64,000 bases of DNA from Octopus bimaculoides (GCF_001194135.2 NC_068991.1:76964145-77028144), one strand, 5' to 3'. Numbered from the stretch's first letter, positions 1 to 12,968 are shown. The notes: a model not told the origin generated them from the letters alone. Program-made: numbers and translations.

Positions 1-138
1 TATATATATACATACATACACACACACAGAGATTAATATTTTGTTTTTGCAGTTAACACCCCTTTGAAGTAAAATATTACTTGCCAATGGTCTTTCATGT
101 AGACACTCACATACTTTTGTATATACCCAAACTCATTC

Positions 139-140
<2 letters not shown>

Positions 141-187
<47 letters not shown>

Positions 188-197
188 NNNNNNNNNN

Positions 198-240
<43 letters not shown>
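141..240. repeat. (CA)n microsatellite with a 10-N gap
   Basis: Direct CA run interrupted by Ns at 188-197. Many similar CA, TA, GA and triplet arrays occur across the window and are not all listed. Confidence 0.95.
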
Positions 241-462
241 TCAGTCGCACACATACAGATGTTCATGAAACTACACATATGACCATCCACACGTATACAC
301 AACCATAATTATTTACAGCCGTTTATGTACACATGTTCAAACGACTCATGCAGCTACGCAATTATACTTACTTGAACTTATATGTGTAGACATTTCTCCC
401 AATCACTTGCAAGCATATACCCATGTAAATACACACACACACACGACCACAAACAATCATCC

Positions 463-532
<70 letters not shown>

Positions 533-761
533 CGTGCAGAAATACACATACAGGCTGCAAATCTATGCAGAGACAGTTGTGCATTACAGGATTGCTGTGT
601 TGATACCATCTCTGCAGAATTGGTTGTTGTATGCTGAAGCATTAAAAACTGATGCTGCTGTGGATGGTTTCTGCTGGTGCCAGTATTCTCCTACTGCTGC
701 TGATGGTATTTGAAGTGGAACTGGTGCAAGTGGAGTCAGCTTTAACATTTGTTGCATCTTT

Positions 762-811
762 TTACCACCACCACCACCACCACCACCACCACCACCACCA
801 TCACCACCAAA

Positions 812-886
<75 letters not shown>

Positions 887-1760
887 ATTACATCTAATAC
901 TATTACTACTGCTGTTTCTCTTACTAATACAGCCACTACTACAACCACTACAGCGAGTACTATAGCAGTGAATACTGCAACTGGTGCTGTCATTGCAGAA
1001 ATGGTGCTGATACTACAAATCCTACTGCAGCGAAAATGCTGTTGCTACTATTACTACTGTTGCTGTCACTGCTGCTGCTACAGCTGCGGATACTGACCTG
1101 GTTTTCTTACATTGATTTGTTTACCGTCCTCTTTCAAGGAATTTTCAGCAAAGGTAGTTTTCCTGGTTGCGCTGGATGGAAGCAGGGCCAGCCTCATTCT
1201 TGCTACTGCCACTGTCACCACTACAACTATTATCAGCACCACTATTGCCACCACCGTCACCACTGCCACCACCACCGCCACCACCACTGCCACCAGTGCC
1301 ATTCTCCTCATCACCGTCTCCAGCCACTTCCCTTGTCCCACCCATCTCAACTTCTTCTCCATCACTTCCACCACTAACAATACCGTCAGAAGTATCATAG
1401 TCACCACTAATGCAAACCAACATCAACTACACTGTTACAGCCATCAGTGCCATCACTTTTAATCATTGTTGCAAGGACCCTAACTACCATTAACAATACT
1501 TCCTCGCCCGTCATTAACTTCACCCACAGCAACTACTGTATAACCACAAATAATGTTACCACTTTTTCCTACAACACAGTACCACCACGAACGACATCTC
1601 TTCAACCACCTGCCTCCTTCATTAGCACAACTGCCACCGTTTTCATTACTACCACATGTTTTCCCCTACTGTTCTCATTACCACCACCCCTACTCATCTC
1701 CTAACACCACTGTCATCACTTACTGTTACAAATCCCCCACCATAGCCATTCCCACTCAAC
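762..1760. repeat. Compound (CAC)n(TAC)n microsatellite grading into degenerate trinucleotide low-complexity DNA
   Basis: Pure CAC and TAC runs at 762-890, followed by ACT/CAC/GCT-biased sequence. Triplet phase shifts repeatedly, so the overlapping ORFs are low-complexity by-products. Confidence 0.85.
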
Positions 1761-3213
1761 AGTGGTAGTACAGGTCCCTTTCAACTATTTACCAATTCTT
1801 TGCTGTTGTACTCTTGTACTGTTGCTATGCTCGAATGTGCAGCTCAAGTTGTTCAACCATGCAATCTTCTTCACACAGTTTCTCCCTCACTACACTTCCT
1901 TCTTCTTTACCTACTTTTCTCCGCTCTATTTTCCTTTCTGTCTGTCTTTTGACCTCTGCCAGTTGACCTGACTGTCTGTTGAACTCTCTCTGAATCTCTG
2001 TCAAACTGTCTAACTGTCAATTTGTCAATCTATCAATCTACCTGTCTTGCTACTGACCTGATGAGTTGTAGGTTTGTTTGTCAGTCTGACTATCAGTCTC
2101 TCAGTTGCAGTTAGCCTGTACTGTGATGGCTCAGCCAGCCAGCCAGCCAGCCAGCCACTCACTCACTTGGCTGTACCACTCCCTAAACACACCCTCATCA
2201 GTCAGTCAGTCAGCCTAGACAACGTCTGTCTAGTTGACTGCCCTGCTTTACTGTTTTTTGTGATAATTCACTTTTAAAAAAAATCAATTCCATATGTTTT
2301 TACTGCTGATCTAGCAGGAAGGTGAAGAAGGTCAGGCTTGTAAACACTGCTGCTGCTACTGCTACTACTACTACTACTACTTCTTCTTCTGCTGCTTTTT
2401 CCTGATGAACATGCACATCCTCAAGATAGAAAAGATTATCTCAAAGACTATGTCTCCTCTTTCTGCCTGTTCTACCACTACTACAATAGCTTCTGCTCCC
2501 TGGTGTTGGCTGGTCTCATGCTAACTTCACTCTCAACTCACTTGTTTTTCTCCTTTTCTTGTCACCTGTATTATTTCATCCTTATATCCCACACTGACCA
2601 TTATTTTCAGACTGTCAGCCCTCTCGAATTCTTTTGTACATGTTTTTCTTGTTACAATCAACTTGAAACAGTCTTGGAAGGCCTGCATAGGCCACGAGCA
2701 GAACCCTTTCCTCTAGATCAAACTGATAACCCCACCCCACTGCAAAGCCCCCTACAACTTCTATGCATTCTTCATTACCACCAACATCATTAATATATAG
2801 GTGTGTTGATAATCTTAATGACATTTGGAAGGGAAGTTCTGGGTAAAGTCAACCTCACTTCTTGTACTTAAGTTTTCAACAACTGGACAAAAACTGAAGT
2901 TATCTCAGTGGGGTATGGGGTGTGTGTGTGTGTGTGTGTGTGTGTGAATTTCAGTTATCTTCACATTGTTTATGACAACAATAATGACATTTTTGCCACC
3001 AGGGCATACATAAAAATGAAAACAAAATCACTAAGAAACAAAGTGAAATTGACTACAAAGCTTAGAGGACGTGTCAGTTACATTTCATCCTTTCAGACTG
3101 TTGATAAAAATAAAGTCAGCTTCTGTCAAAATTTGTGGCCTTGTGTGGATATTAGAAATCAATCATATGTACATGAAGCGAAGATGTGTGGGTACATGGC
3201 TTAGAGGTTAGGG

Positions 3214-3350
3214 TGTCGGTATATGACCTAGTGGTTAGGATGTTTGCCTCATGATCATAAAATTGTGTTTGATTCCTGGACAGAGCTCTGTGTTATGCCC
3301 TTGAGCAAGGCCCTTCATATCATGTTGCTCCATCTACTCAGCTGAAATTG
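3214..3350 (+). mobile_element. Degenerate tRNA-derived SINE (head plus core fragment)
   Basis: A-box-like TGACCTAGTGG, B-box-like GTTTGATTCC, then CCCTTGAGCAAGGCCCTT, a typical SINE core motif. Confidence 0.5.
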
Positions 3351-3519
3351 AATTCCAGCTGATTACTGTTGCAGCCTCCCCTTTTTCCAGCAGTCACACC
3401 CTCAGTGTGCCACTGGCTTAAGGGTGGGAAGCCCAAGAAAATTTCTCTGTCTGCTCAAGACAAGATAAGCACCTTAAACGATTACTGAAAGCATGGTACT
3501 TGCAACTAAGTCATACTAG

Positions 3520-3894
3520 TTTGTGAGTGACCACTACGAAGGTTTCAGTTGATCCGATCAACGGAACAGCCTGCTCATGAAATTAACGTGCAAGTGGCTG
3601 AGCACTCCACGGACACGTGTACCCTTAATGTAGTTCTCGGGGATATTCAGCATGACACAGAGTGTAACAAGGCTGGCCCTTTGAATTACAGGCACAACAG
3701 AAACAGGAAGTAAGAGTAAGAGAAAGTTTTGGTGAAAGAGTACAGCAGGGTTCGCCACCATCCCCTACTGGAGCCTCGTGAAGCTTTAGGCGTTTTTGCT
3801 CAATAAACACTCACAACGCCCAGTCTGGGAATCGAAACCAAGATCTTATGACCGCGAGTCTGCTGCCCTAACCACTGGGCCATTGCGCCTCCAC
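3520..3894 (-). mobile_element. tRNA-derived SINE, family B, near full length
   Basis: Minus strand starts GTGGAGGCGCAATGGCCCAGTGGTTAGGG (A box) and has GGTTTCGATTCC (B box). Its 3' half (TGTAATTCAAAGGGCC...TGTCATGCTGA) recurs at 58.8 kb. Confidence 0.85.
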
Positions 3895-4640
3895 GTGTGT
3901 GTAGGTAATTGTATGTATATAAACGTGTTTTGAAGGCTTCATGTAGTGAGATGAATGTAGATAATTATTTAATTAGACAAGGGATATCCTCAAAAATAAA
4001 TTCAAGTAATTGGAGGGGAAAAAAATAGTAAAAATTAAGGTAATGCAAATATAAGAGAAATAAATGACCTGGATAAATGAACTAAATAAAGATTAATTTG
4101 TGGTAAGAAAATGCTTCCCACTTGGGTTTGGAATATAATTTTAATGTTTTAAACTTTGGAAAGATCATATATTTCTGGTGTATGTGGAATCACAATTTTA
4201 ATTTAAGTCTCATTTGATACAGATGAATCAACGTGTATCCCTCACAATGTGATTTTACCAAAGTTATAAACATTCGCTCCTATATTCTGAGTAATGGCTG
4301 ATATGCAGCCTAATTGAGAATGCATGGCATCATCTTTTAGCTGTTGGTACTCTCTCAGGGGTTGTGGATGTCTCCTAAAATTGTTTTTGATGGCGGCTAG
4401 AAATGTTTCTTTCCTTTATTTCATCTATGATTTAGAATGTATCCAATTTTGGAAAATATCACGCATTAGTATAAAATATAATGTAATGAAATATTAGAGA
4501 ATATGTTACAGATAATTAGATAATTATAAAATATAAAAATCTCTCACTGGAAGAGATATAGAGGATACATTTAAGTAAAGAAAATCAAAATAGCCTAAAA
4601 TATAGACCATACTTAACTATGGACAAATACTTCCTTTTAT

Positions 4641-4788
4641 TCTTTTATTTGTTTCAGTCATTTGACTGTGGCCATGCTGGAGCACCACCTTTAATCGAAC
4701 AAATCGACCCCAGGACTTTGAACTTCTAAGTTACGGGGACATAAATACACCAACATCGGTTGTCAAGTGATGGTGAGGGTGACAAGCA

Positions 4789-4823
<35 letters not shown>

Positions 4824-4972
4824 GATGGGCTTCTTTCAGTTTCCATCCACTCTCAAGGCTTTGGTTGGCCCGACGCTATTGTATAAGACACTTACTCATG
4901 GTGCCATGCATTGGGACTGAACCCAGAACTGTGTGGTTGGTAAGCAAACTACTTACCACACAGCCACCCCTG
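4641..4972 (-). mobile_element. tRNA-derived SINE, family A, internally deleted copy
   Basis: Aligns by eye to the full copy at 38849-39235, with internal (CA)n and small deletions. Confidence 0.85.
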
Positions 4973-5432
4973 CTTCCTTTTTATACAAACATATATTGAA
5001 ATATAGATTACCATTCTGTCTCCTGTCTTATTTCCTCTTGAAATAATATTTGCTGGCTGAAAGCGTTTTTGAAAAAGAAATGAATGGAACTACCTGGTTG
5101 AGAAAATTTGGGAGCCATTGTTTCCACCAGAAGGTGGCAGGTTGCCTGTCAATGACCTCACTTGAAATTTGACCTGTTCCATACATACAAGCAAATGCAA
5201 GCTAGCCAGGGAACCTCTAGCAGTTGCTCAACCTGTTAGAAATAGCATTCAAGTCTCCTTTAAAGCATAGCTACTCTATTAAAAGGGAAGTGCACATTAG
5301 GTAATGTAGTTTTAGAAACCTTTATAAAAGAAGATGGTTAGGGTAGATATGCTTTTGGTCTGCTTATCAGAGTTATATCTGGGATAAACTACAAGACTAG
5401 CAACTATTTGATATATATATATATTTACTGAC

Positions 5433-5677
5433 CATTGGCTAATAGAAACTTGAGAAGTAGAGGATACTCCCTCTTCTCTATCACAAATTTTGGGTATAAT
5501 CAGTTTGCTGAATGCTATGGTTATGTGGGTTAGTGTCATTCGGGAATTGACTGTTATCATCTGACTGTGAATATCTGGAACACGTCCAAGAATATTTTTG
5601 ACCATACACTCCGCTACTTTAGTGAATGCGTCACTCATACGTTCACTCATACGATGCTTGTCCTGAACACTACAACA
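5433..5677 (-). CDS. Candidate coding exon of an unidentified gene (CCSVQDKHRMSERMSDAFTKVAECMVKNILGRVPDIHSQ...SISQW)
   Basis: About 80 codons of non-repetitive, stop-free frame within track ORF 5312..5689. Relatively CpG-rich. Acceptor ACTTTGACCTGGCAG, donor TG|GTCAGT. No family recognised. Confidence 0.25.
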
Positions 5678-5879
5678 CTGCCAGGTCAAAGTTGGAAGTT
5701 GTCTTTAACCTTTGACTTCATTACATTTGAACTGTGGAAGTTATTTTAACCATTCAAGAACAAAAACACGAAAAAATCTCTTATATTCACTTTATGCACT
5801 TGTGCAGCCTGGTTGTTGACACAATTCCACAGCAGCTGGTGAACATTAATTACTTGTAAATTTTTATAGGTGTCAGGGG

Positions 5880-6063
5880 CATATCAGGACAATTACCCCC
5901 AAAGAACAACCCCACCGACAACTACCCCTAGGACAATTACCCCCTCGTGGTTAATTACCCCCTCTTGGTTAATTATCCCCTCTTGGTTAATTACTCCCTC
6001 TCCAATATATTAAGAAGTTTTAAATCATCATCTGTTGTCCTCTGGGGTAAATGTCCTACACTC
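5880..6063. mobile_element. MITE-like element with GGACAATTACCCC subterminal repeats (MULE-like)
   Basis: AGGACAATTACCCC at the left end is inverted with GGGGTAAATGTCCT at the right end. Internal ~18-bp tandem TTGGTTAATTACCCCTC. Flanked by 8-bp direct repeat GTCAGGGG (5872-5879 and 6064-6071). Confidence 0.6.
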
Positions 6064-6424
6064 GTCAGGGGTTTTCTTTGCTTTCTTTTTTTTGTTGTTG
6101 TTGTTGACCTTTGGACATATGAGTCTACTGCATATTTGTTGATTGACCCTTTTGACAAGGGCCACTATTACTTACTCTTATATTCAGTTCCTTTGTATCT
6201 ATCTATCTATATATATATGTATATATATACTTGTATGTTACTACCTTTCCTTCAATTTTCATATTCTCTTCTATGATGCAATCGCTTCAGTTTCATCACA
6301 GTTTCACTTTGAGTCACTTGCTAAATAAATACAATTCAGAAATAGGTTTTATGATCCTACACCAAAGTCTTTATAATTACTCTTTGTCAATGCCTTCAAC
6401 GTTATTCTTTCTAGGATATCATTA

Positions 6425-6814
6425 CTCTTTTACTTGTTTCAGTCATTTGACTGCAGCCATGCTGGAGCACTGCCTTTAGTCAAGCAAATCGACCCTAGAG
6501 CTTATTCTTTGCAAGCCTAGTACTTATTCTATCTTACCCTTTTACTGAACTGCTAAGTTACAGGGACGTAAACACACCAGCATCAGTTGTCAAGTGATGT
6601 TGGAGGGACAAACAGACACACAAATATATATACACACATACATATATATACATATATGACAGGCTTCTTCCAGTTTCTGTCTACCAAATCCACTCACAAG
6701 GTTTTGGTTGGCCTGAAGCTATAGTAGAAGACACTTGCCCAAGGTGCCACGCAGTGGGACTGAACCTGGGACCATGTGGTTGGTAAGGAAGCTGCCTACC
6801 ACACAGTCACTCCT
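6425..6814 (-). mobile_element. tRNA-derived SINE, family A, full length
   Basis: Matches 38849-39235 end to end in reverse orientation. Confidence 0.9.
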
Positions 6815-8929
6815 GTGCCATTGTTAATATCCTGCGCTAATTCTCAATATAATGTAAACACAGAAGTTAAATTGAGTACATAAACCTGTAGGTAATGAGT
6901 AATGAGTGAGGTACCATATTCCAAAATGTATTCGGAATGCAGAAAAGACATAGTTATGAAATGGAATATAGTGAGCTGAAAAGCTTTCTTTAATTAAGAT
7001 TATCTATGCAATTAATAAATGAAACCTCTATCTATCTTGGTGCTTAAAAGCTATGACTTCAGTAAAATTAATTGAAATTTTGGAAAATATAGATAATTCA
7101 GTAATGGAGTGGATCTGGTCTTTGAAGATTTCTGGTTGTTAAGCATTTGTTTGGTGATCAAGAATCTCTTAAAATACTAGTCGCAGCACATGTTTGCATA
7201 TCTGCACACAGGGAATTATGATATCTTTGTAAAGTTAATGCTTGTAGCAGATGAACTTTATCAACATAAACATCTGGCCCTTTCACCAAACGTGAAAGAG
7301 GTATTTCTCATGAGTTAGATTGTCTCCACTCTGAGTGCTAGTACATCATTTACATGATATACGCAGTGCTATATTTAGGCATAGACTCACTGGGTTGTTG
7401 CTTGTGGAGGCTTCATGGATCTAGGGGCCCAAAACTAATCGGTATTTATCGTGGCTTGTGCTTAATAAGTAAATTTATGAGACTGAGTGCCTTGCTTTTC
7501 CCAGAGGTTGATAGTACTGTTAAGACAGCCCTGCATGCATGTATGTACCACTTCTATTAAAACTTTCAAGACAAGTTTCTTAATCAAATATCTGTACCTG
7601 GAAGATTGGATCAAACCAGGAGTCACAGGAAACAGGTCTGCTTAACAAAGCTTAAACTATCAGAATTCATATCTCCCTGGTGCACACAAACTTTTATTTC
7701 CTGAATTGTATAATCATCATTTTGCTGAAAACCTCCCTTCACAAAACAGACATGCAGTGTAGTTAAAAGAGAAGTTTTTGGTTTTTCAATGGAACTACAT
7801 GCTTATCAATCTGAAACAACTTTTTTCCTTTATGTGATAGCACCTTTTGAAGTCCATGTTGCAAATAATGGGAAGATTATTGCCATTATTATGATTATAA
7901 TTTTGGACTATAAAGGAAAATGTTTTGATATTATATCTGCTCTATGTTTCAAACAGTCTGATCTCCAATCACCATCAGGTGTCTTATTCTTGGATGTATA
8001 CACAATATGTGAGGAAATTTGAACTTCAAGTTCAAATTTCATTAGATATTATGTATACATCTTTATTTCTAAACTAAGGGCAATGATGCTCTTATCCACT
8101 TGGATACATGCATCAGTTTCTTGGTAGATAAGAGCATGACAACTTTTAGTTTGAAAATAAAGGTTCTAAGTATGAATTTAGCTCGATACAGTGTAAACAT
8201 CCGAGAACACAACACTTGTTGATGGGAAGAGATGAAGCTGATCAGAACAATAATATAAATATGAAAATATGGTTTATCTCTAAAGATGAGGTTAATGACC
8301 TGAAAAATCATAATTATAAAACTTATAATTAAATCTCACCTCAAACCTTTTTAAACGTTTAATTATTTTTATTGTTATTGCCAAGTGTAGTGGAAAGTGA
8401 GGGAGAAATTGTAGTGTTTAACTGGCTACCCTTCACTTCTGGTACTTCACTTTCTGGAGTTCAAATCCTTTTGAATTGATTGTTATTTCTCTGAGTGTAA
8501 TTAAATACAGAGAAACATTTAATGTGGTACTCTACTCAGATTGATTGTATCTTTTACCCTACCAAAGTTAACAATATAAATACTAGCTAATTCAACTAAC
8601 CGTACAGCCTTTCCTTGTTTCATATTTGTAATTATAATTATTAGAAAAAAAAAGTGTAGTAACTAACTATAGAGTACAAAACTAAATGCTTAACAGTTTT
8701 TAGTTCTTTCACTGTATATTCTGAATTTAATCGTGCTACAGTCATTTTTATTCCTTAAAGGAGGGGAGAAAAAAAAAAAAAGAAATCAGTGGTTTACTGG
8801 GAACATTTTAATTAACTACATTTTTGTGGCATAATTTATAGTATTTTGCCAAAGTGAGAATTTATTATTAGGAAAATACAAGCACCATAAATTCCAACTA
8901 CTCTTCCTCTATGACTGAGTGTTCATGCT

Positions 8930-9473
8930 CGTTTTAAAAATTATCATCATTATGATTAACATCAACGTCATCATAACAATGAAAACCACCACCACCACCA
9001 CATCTGTAACATCTGTAACTCTGCTTCAGCAACAGGCCTGTCATTACTTCTGCAGCCATCACCACTAAGACCGCTACCAATAACTACAGTGACACCAGCA
9101 GCAGCAACAGCAGCAATATTAGCATTAGAAATGGCAACAGCAGAACCATTAGTGGAACCGACAGGAGCTTCACTTCATTGTCCATCACCACTCTGGCCAT
9201 GCTCTGCCCCGTCATTACAAAGCAACTTAGTAACAACAACAACAACAACATCATTACCATCTTCATCATCATCATCATCATCATCATCAATGCCATTAAC
9301 AATAAGATCAGTGCAGTAATGACAACAACAGTAGCATTCACATCTTTGGCAACATTCGCAATAACAACATCACAGTCTCGGCAACAACAAGAACCACTAC
9401 AGTTACCTACCCCAGCAATGCTTTAACAACAACAACGACAACAATCACAACAAAAGCGATCACTCCAGCTATG

Positions 9474-9510
<37 letters not shown>

Positions 9511-9535
9511 GATAATAATAACGATAATAATAACG

Positions 9536-9568
<33 letters not shown>

Positions 9569-9923
9569 CTAATATTGTCTGCGGCAACACTCATAACAGC
9601 TACAGAATCAATTAAAAGTCTAACAAAATAACAACTGCAATGGTAATAACAACAGTTTTTCGAAGCAATCACTATGGCAACAAGAACAACATCATCAAAG
9701 GTAAACAATCCAAACAATAACAAGTCATTATCATCATCATCATCATCATCATCAACATTAGCAACATTAGCAACAGTGTTGTCTTTTACTATGTAATAGC
9801 TACGTTATCATTGAGATTATCATCAAACATTTGTACGTCCTTATAAACAACAATAGCAACTGTATCATCATCATCACCATCTACAGTAATAAAAGACTGT
9901 CATCAGCCACATCATTTTTTTCA

Positions 9924-9955
<32 letters not shown>

Positions 9956-9960
9956 ACAAC
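8930..9960. repeat. Degenerate trinucleotide region with (CAT)n, (AAC)n and (AAT)n runs
   Basis: Pure runs at about 9235-9290, 9475-9570, 9725-9755 and 9925-9955 embedded in decayed triplets. Confidence 0.85.
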
Positions 9961-10009
9961 TGCCGTGAAGAATCAATGCAAGCCTTGTGTGACCATCTCT
10001 TATACTTAC

Positions 10010-10046
10010 CTCTAACCACCAACTTCCATTGTGGCATTGCTGTAAA
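10010..10046 (-). CDS. Candidate 37-nt exon (LQQCHNGSWWLE or FTAMPQWKLVVR)
   Basis: Strong splice signals: long pyrimidine tract ending CACTTCCCCTTGCAG, and donor AG|GTAAGT. Two of three frames are open. Protein not recognised. Confidence 0.4.
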
Positions 10047-10054
10047 CTGCAAGG

Positions 10055-10758
10055 GGAAGTGAGTGAAAGAGAGAAGGACAGCGAGATGAGAAGAGAGAAA
10101 GCGAGAGAGGTTAGGGAGGTGGAGGGGGGGAGTGAGAGCAGATGAAAGGGAGGGATAGGAAGAAGTGGTAAGGCGATGAGTGAGTGAGTGAGAGAGAGAG
10201 GTTGAGGATGGGAGGCATGTAGAGAATGAGACAGTGGGAGAAAGAAAGGGGTAGGAGGAGATGTGAAAGAATACGAGAGAGAGAGAGAGAGAGAGAGAGT
10301 GAGTACATGAAACAGGTGAGAGAGAAAGAATACAGTTGTCTGAGAGAGAGAAAGACATCGTACGGCAGTATGGAAAAAAATAGAAGACTGATGTATGAGA
10401 TAAAAAGAGAGAGAGAGAGAGAGAGAGAGGCAAGGTGGTAGAAAGAGAGGAAAGTGAAAAGGAAGGGAAAAAAGTGTGTGTAATGGAAATAAAATGAGCA
10501 AAAGGATTAAGGTAGAGGGGGGAGACGAGATTGGTGTAAGGGGTAAGAGTGGCGGTATGAGATGGTTAGGGTAGTGGATGTAGAAAGAAAGAAGAGAAAA
10601 GATAAAGGATGCATGTGATAAAGGGATAGAGAGAAAAAGAGAGAAATTGATGTAGAGAAATTGATAAACTGTAGTCAAAGAGAAAGATGGAAAAGGAGGA
10701 AAAGACTGAGAAATTCGGAGAGAGGAGGGAGAGAAGGAGGGAAAGAGAGAGAGAGAGA

Positions 10759-10796
<38 letters not shown>

Positions 10797-10870
10797 TACA
10801 TAGGAAACAGTGAGATGGAGAAAGAGAAAGAAACAGCTCTGGAGAAGAGTGAGAGAAGGAGAGAGAGGCG
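10055..10870. repeat. ~800 bp purine-rich (GA)n/GGA/GAA tract
   Basis: Strongly purine-biased plus strand. It explains the 339-aa Leu/Ser/Pro/Phe ORF on the minus strand. Confidence 0.9.
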
Positions 10871-11066
10871 GAGAGATCCAGGAAATCTTAGCAGTCCAAC
10901 AAGTGGGGGACCACCCATCTGAGGAAAAACAAGGAGAGGATACAACTTCCTCACACAGACTGAAGGATACAAGTTTTTCTTTCACTGATCATCACCCCAC
11001 CCTTCTTTGACAAGCACCACCACAGCACATACATAATTATATATATATATACATACATACATACAT

Positions 11067-11116
<50 letters not shown>

Positions 11117-11699
11117 GTATATATATATATATACACACACATATATATAGATACACATATATATATGTACATATATATATGTATATATATAAACTGTGTA
11201 TATATGTATTTTTATATATGTCTGTGTGTATGTATATATACACACACACACATACACACACAAACACGCGCACACACACACGTTTATGTATGTATACATG
11301 CTGTATGAAAATAACAAGAACAACAACAAAGGTAAATCGTATTGACTCTATATATTTTTAAATATGATTTAATATGCCTTATGTATCTCTTTTTTGATAA
11401 AATTGAGGGAATAAACTATCTCAGACCTTGTCTAACCATTAAAAAAAAGATATAAATAAATAAATATATAAAACAGGAAGGAAGGGGAAATTTTGTTTTA
11501 TTTTATTATTTAAAAAATTTATTGTTTATATTTTTTTGCATGTTTTTTTAAAATTTTTTTTTATTCCTCATTTTAATTTGTTTCGGTTCTACATGTTTCA
11601 GTTCTACATGTTTCGGTTCTACATGTGCATGTGCGTGTGTAAAAGTGCATGCATTTCTTGCAGGTGTTATGGAGTGTTGGATAAGTTCTCGGCAAACCC

Positions 11700-12400
11700 G
11701 TGTCCATGACCTAGTTTTAATTGTCAGTTGGATTATCAACCCTTTAACCTTCGTTAAAGGTTGATAATCAAAAAATTTGGTAGTCTGTCTCCTATATTTG
11801 TAGGTTCATACTTATATAAGGAATTGCAGTGTGAGTGTGTATGAGTGAGTGAGTGAGAGGTGTGTGTGTGTGTGTGTACACACACACGCATGCAGTAGCT
11901 TGTCAGTTTAGTTGTCGTCAGACTGAATCTATGACCTGGTTTCAAATCTTGGCTGGACAGTACTTGTTCATTCTCTAAGGGGAGAGAGCAAGAACCTGAA
12001 TTTTAAAGCTTTCCAATTTCCATTTTTCGTTTATAAATTCGAAGCTTCTTGGATAAATAAGTAACTGATTGTGTATTTTTACAGTATGTGTGTGTTTGCA
12101 AGTGGTGTAACATGTTGGTTTAGTTCTTCTAGAACCAAATTTGCAACTTGGTTTTTATTACATAGCTAGACCCACTTTACATATGTAGTGAATACTGTTC
12201 AGGAAAATAATTATTATAATGACATTCCATTTTCTCTCTGTCCTGTATAAAATCGAAACTTTGTACCAAGGAAATTGTATGTGTGTGTGTGTGTGATAGA
12301 GAATGTAGCAGGTAGTATGGTACATCAGTTTGCTTCTCAGGTTTGTGACCTAGTTTTGATTCTCCCTTGGAATACTGCTCATGCATTTCAATAAAGGTAT
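11700..12400 (+). promoter_or_regulatory. Candidate promoter / 5' region with ROR-Rev-erb type elements
   Basis: TGACCTAGTTTT at 11707 and 12346 (reverse complement AAAACTAGGTCA matches WAWNTRGGTCA), variant TGACCTGGTTTC at 11932. TATATAAG at 11813, TCAGTT/TTAGTT initiator-like motifs near 11903-11913. Candidate non-coding exon 12341-12396 (CTCAG|...AAG|GTATGA, stops in all frames). Confidence 0.3.
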
Positions 12401-12465
12401 GACTATTTCAATTTCCTATTTTCTTTTTCTTGTCATTTAACTGAAGCTTCCATCTGATATAAAGA

Positions 12466-12514
<49 letters not shown>

Positions 12515-12912
12515 ATCCAAAATACAAATATATTTTATTTCATTTTTAATTTTGTATATTTCTGATTTGAAAATATTCCACTTCTGTGCCATATTCTATT
12601 AATTATCATTTGATATTGTAATTGACAGTGCATAAATAACCTGTCTATAACGAGACAAAACTGTCCCGAGACAAGAAACGTGTTTTCCTTACTGCTTATT
12701 GATCTGAAATCCAAACACACGTACACATGAAATCAGATGCTTGCAAACAAACATACATATGTGATCATATATTGTAATATTTATATATACACACTAAGAG
12801 AGAAATGCATGCAATCAGACATGCTTACAATGTACAGCTATGTTACTGGAGCATAAAAACATGCAGTTTCATATATATATATATATACACACATATACCT
12901 ACACAAACATAT

Positions 12913-12968
<56 letters not shown>

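Noticed and set aside
1078-1462. Gly/Ser/Asp-rich and Thr-rich ORFs on both strands
   Set aside because: These come from degenerate triplet microsatellite. The triplet phase shifts on both sides and there are no convincing splice sites.
2058-2440. Other CTGATGA words (about 2058, 2402; also 57068)
   Set aside because: There is no pairing stem II followed by GAAA, so these are not hammerheads.
3820-3894. tRNA genes (also at 38849 and 45784)
   Set aside because: A and B boxes are present but there is no complete cloverleaf, and each continues into a SINE body.
9953-10972. 339-aa ORF, the longest in the track
   Set aside because: It is a translation of the (TC)n-rich strand, which lacks stop codons for compositional reasons.
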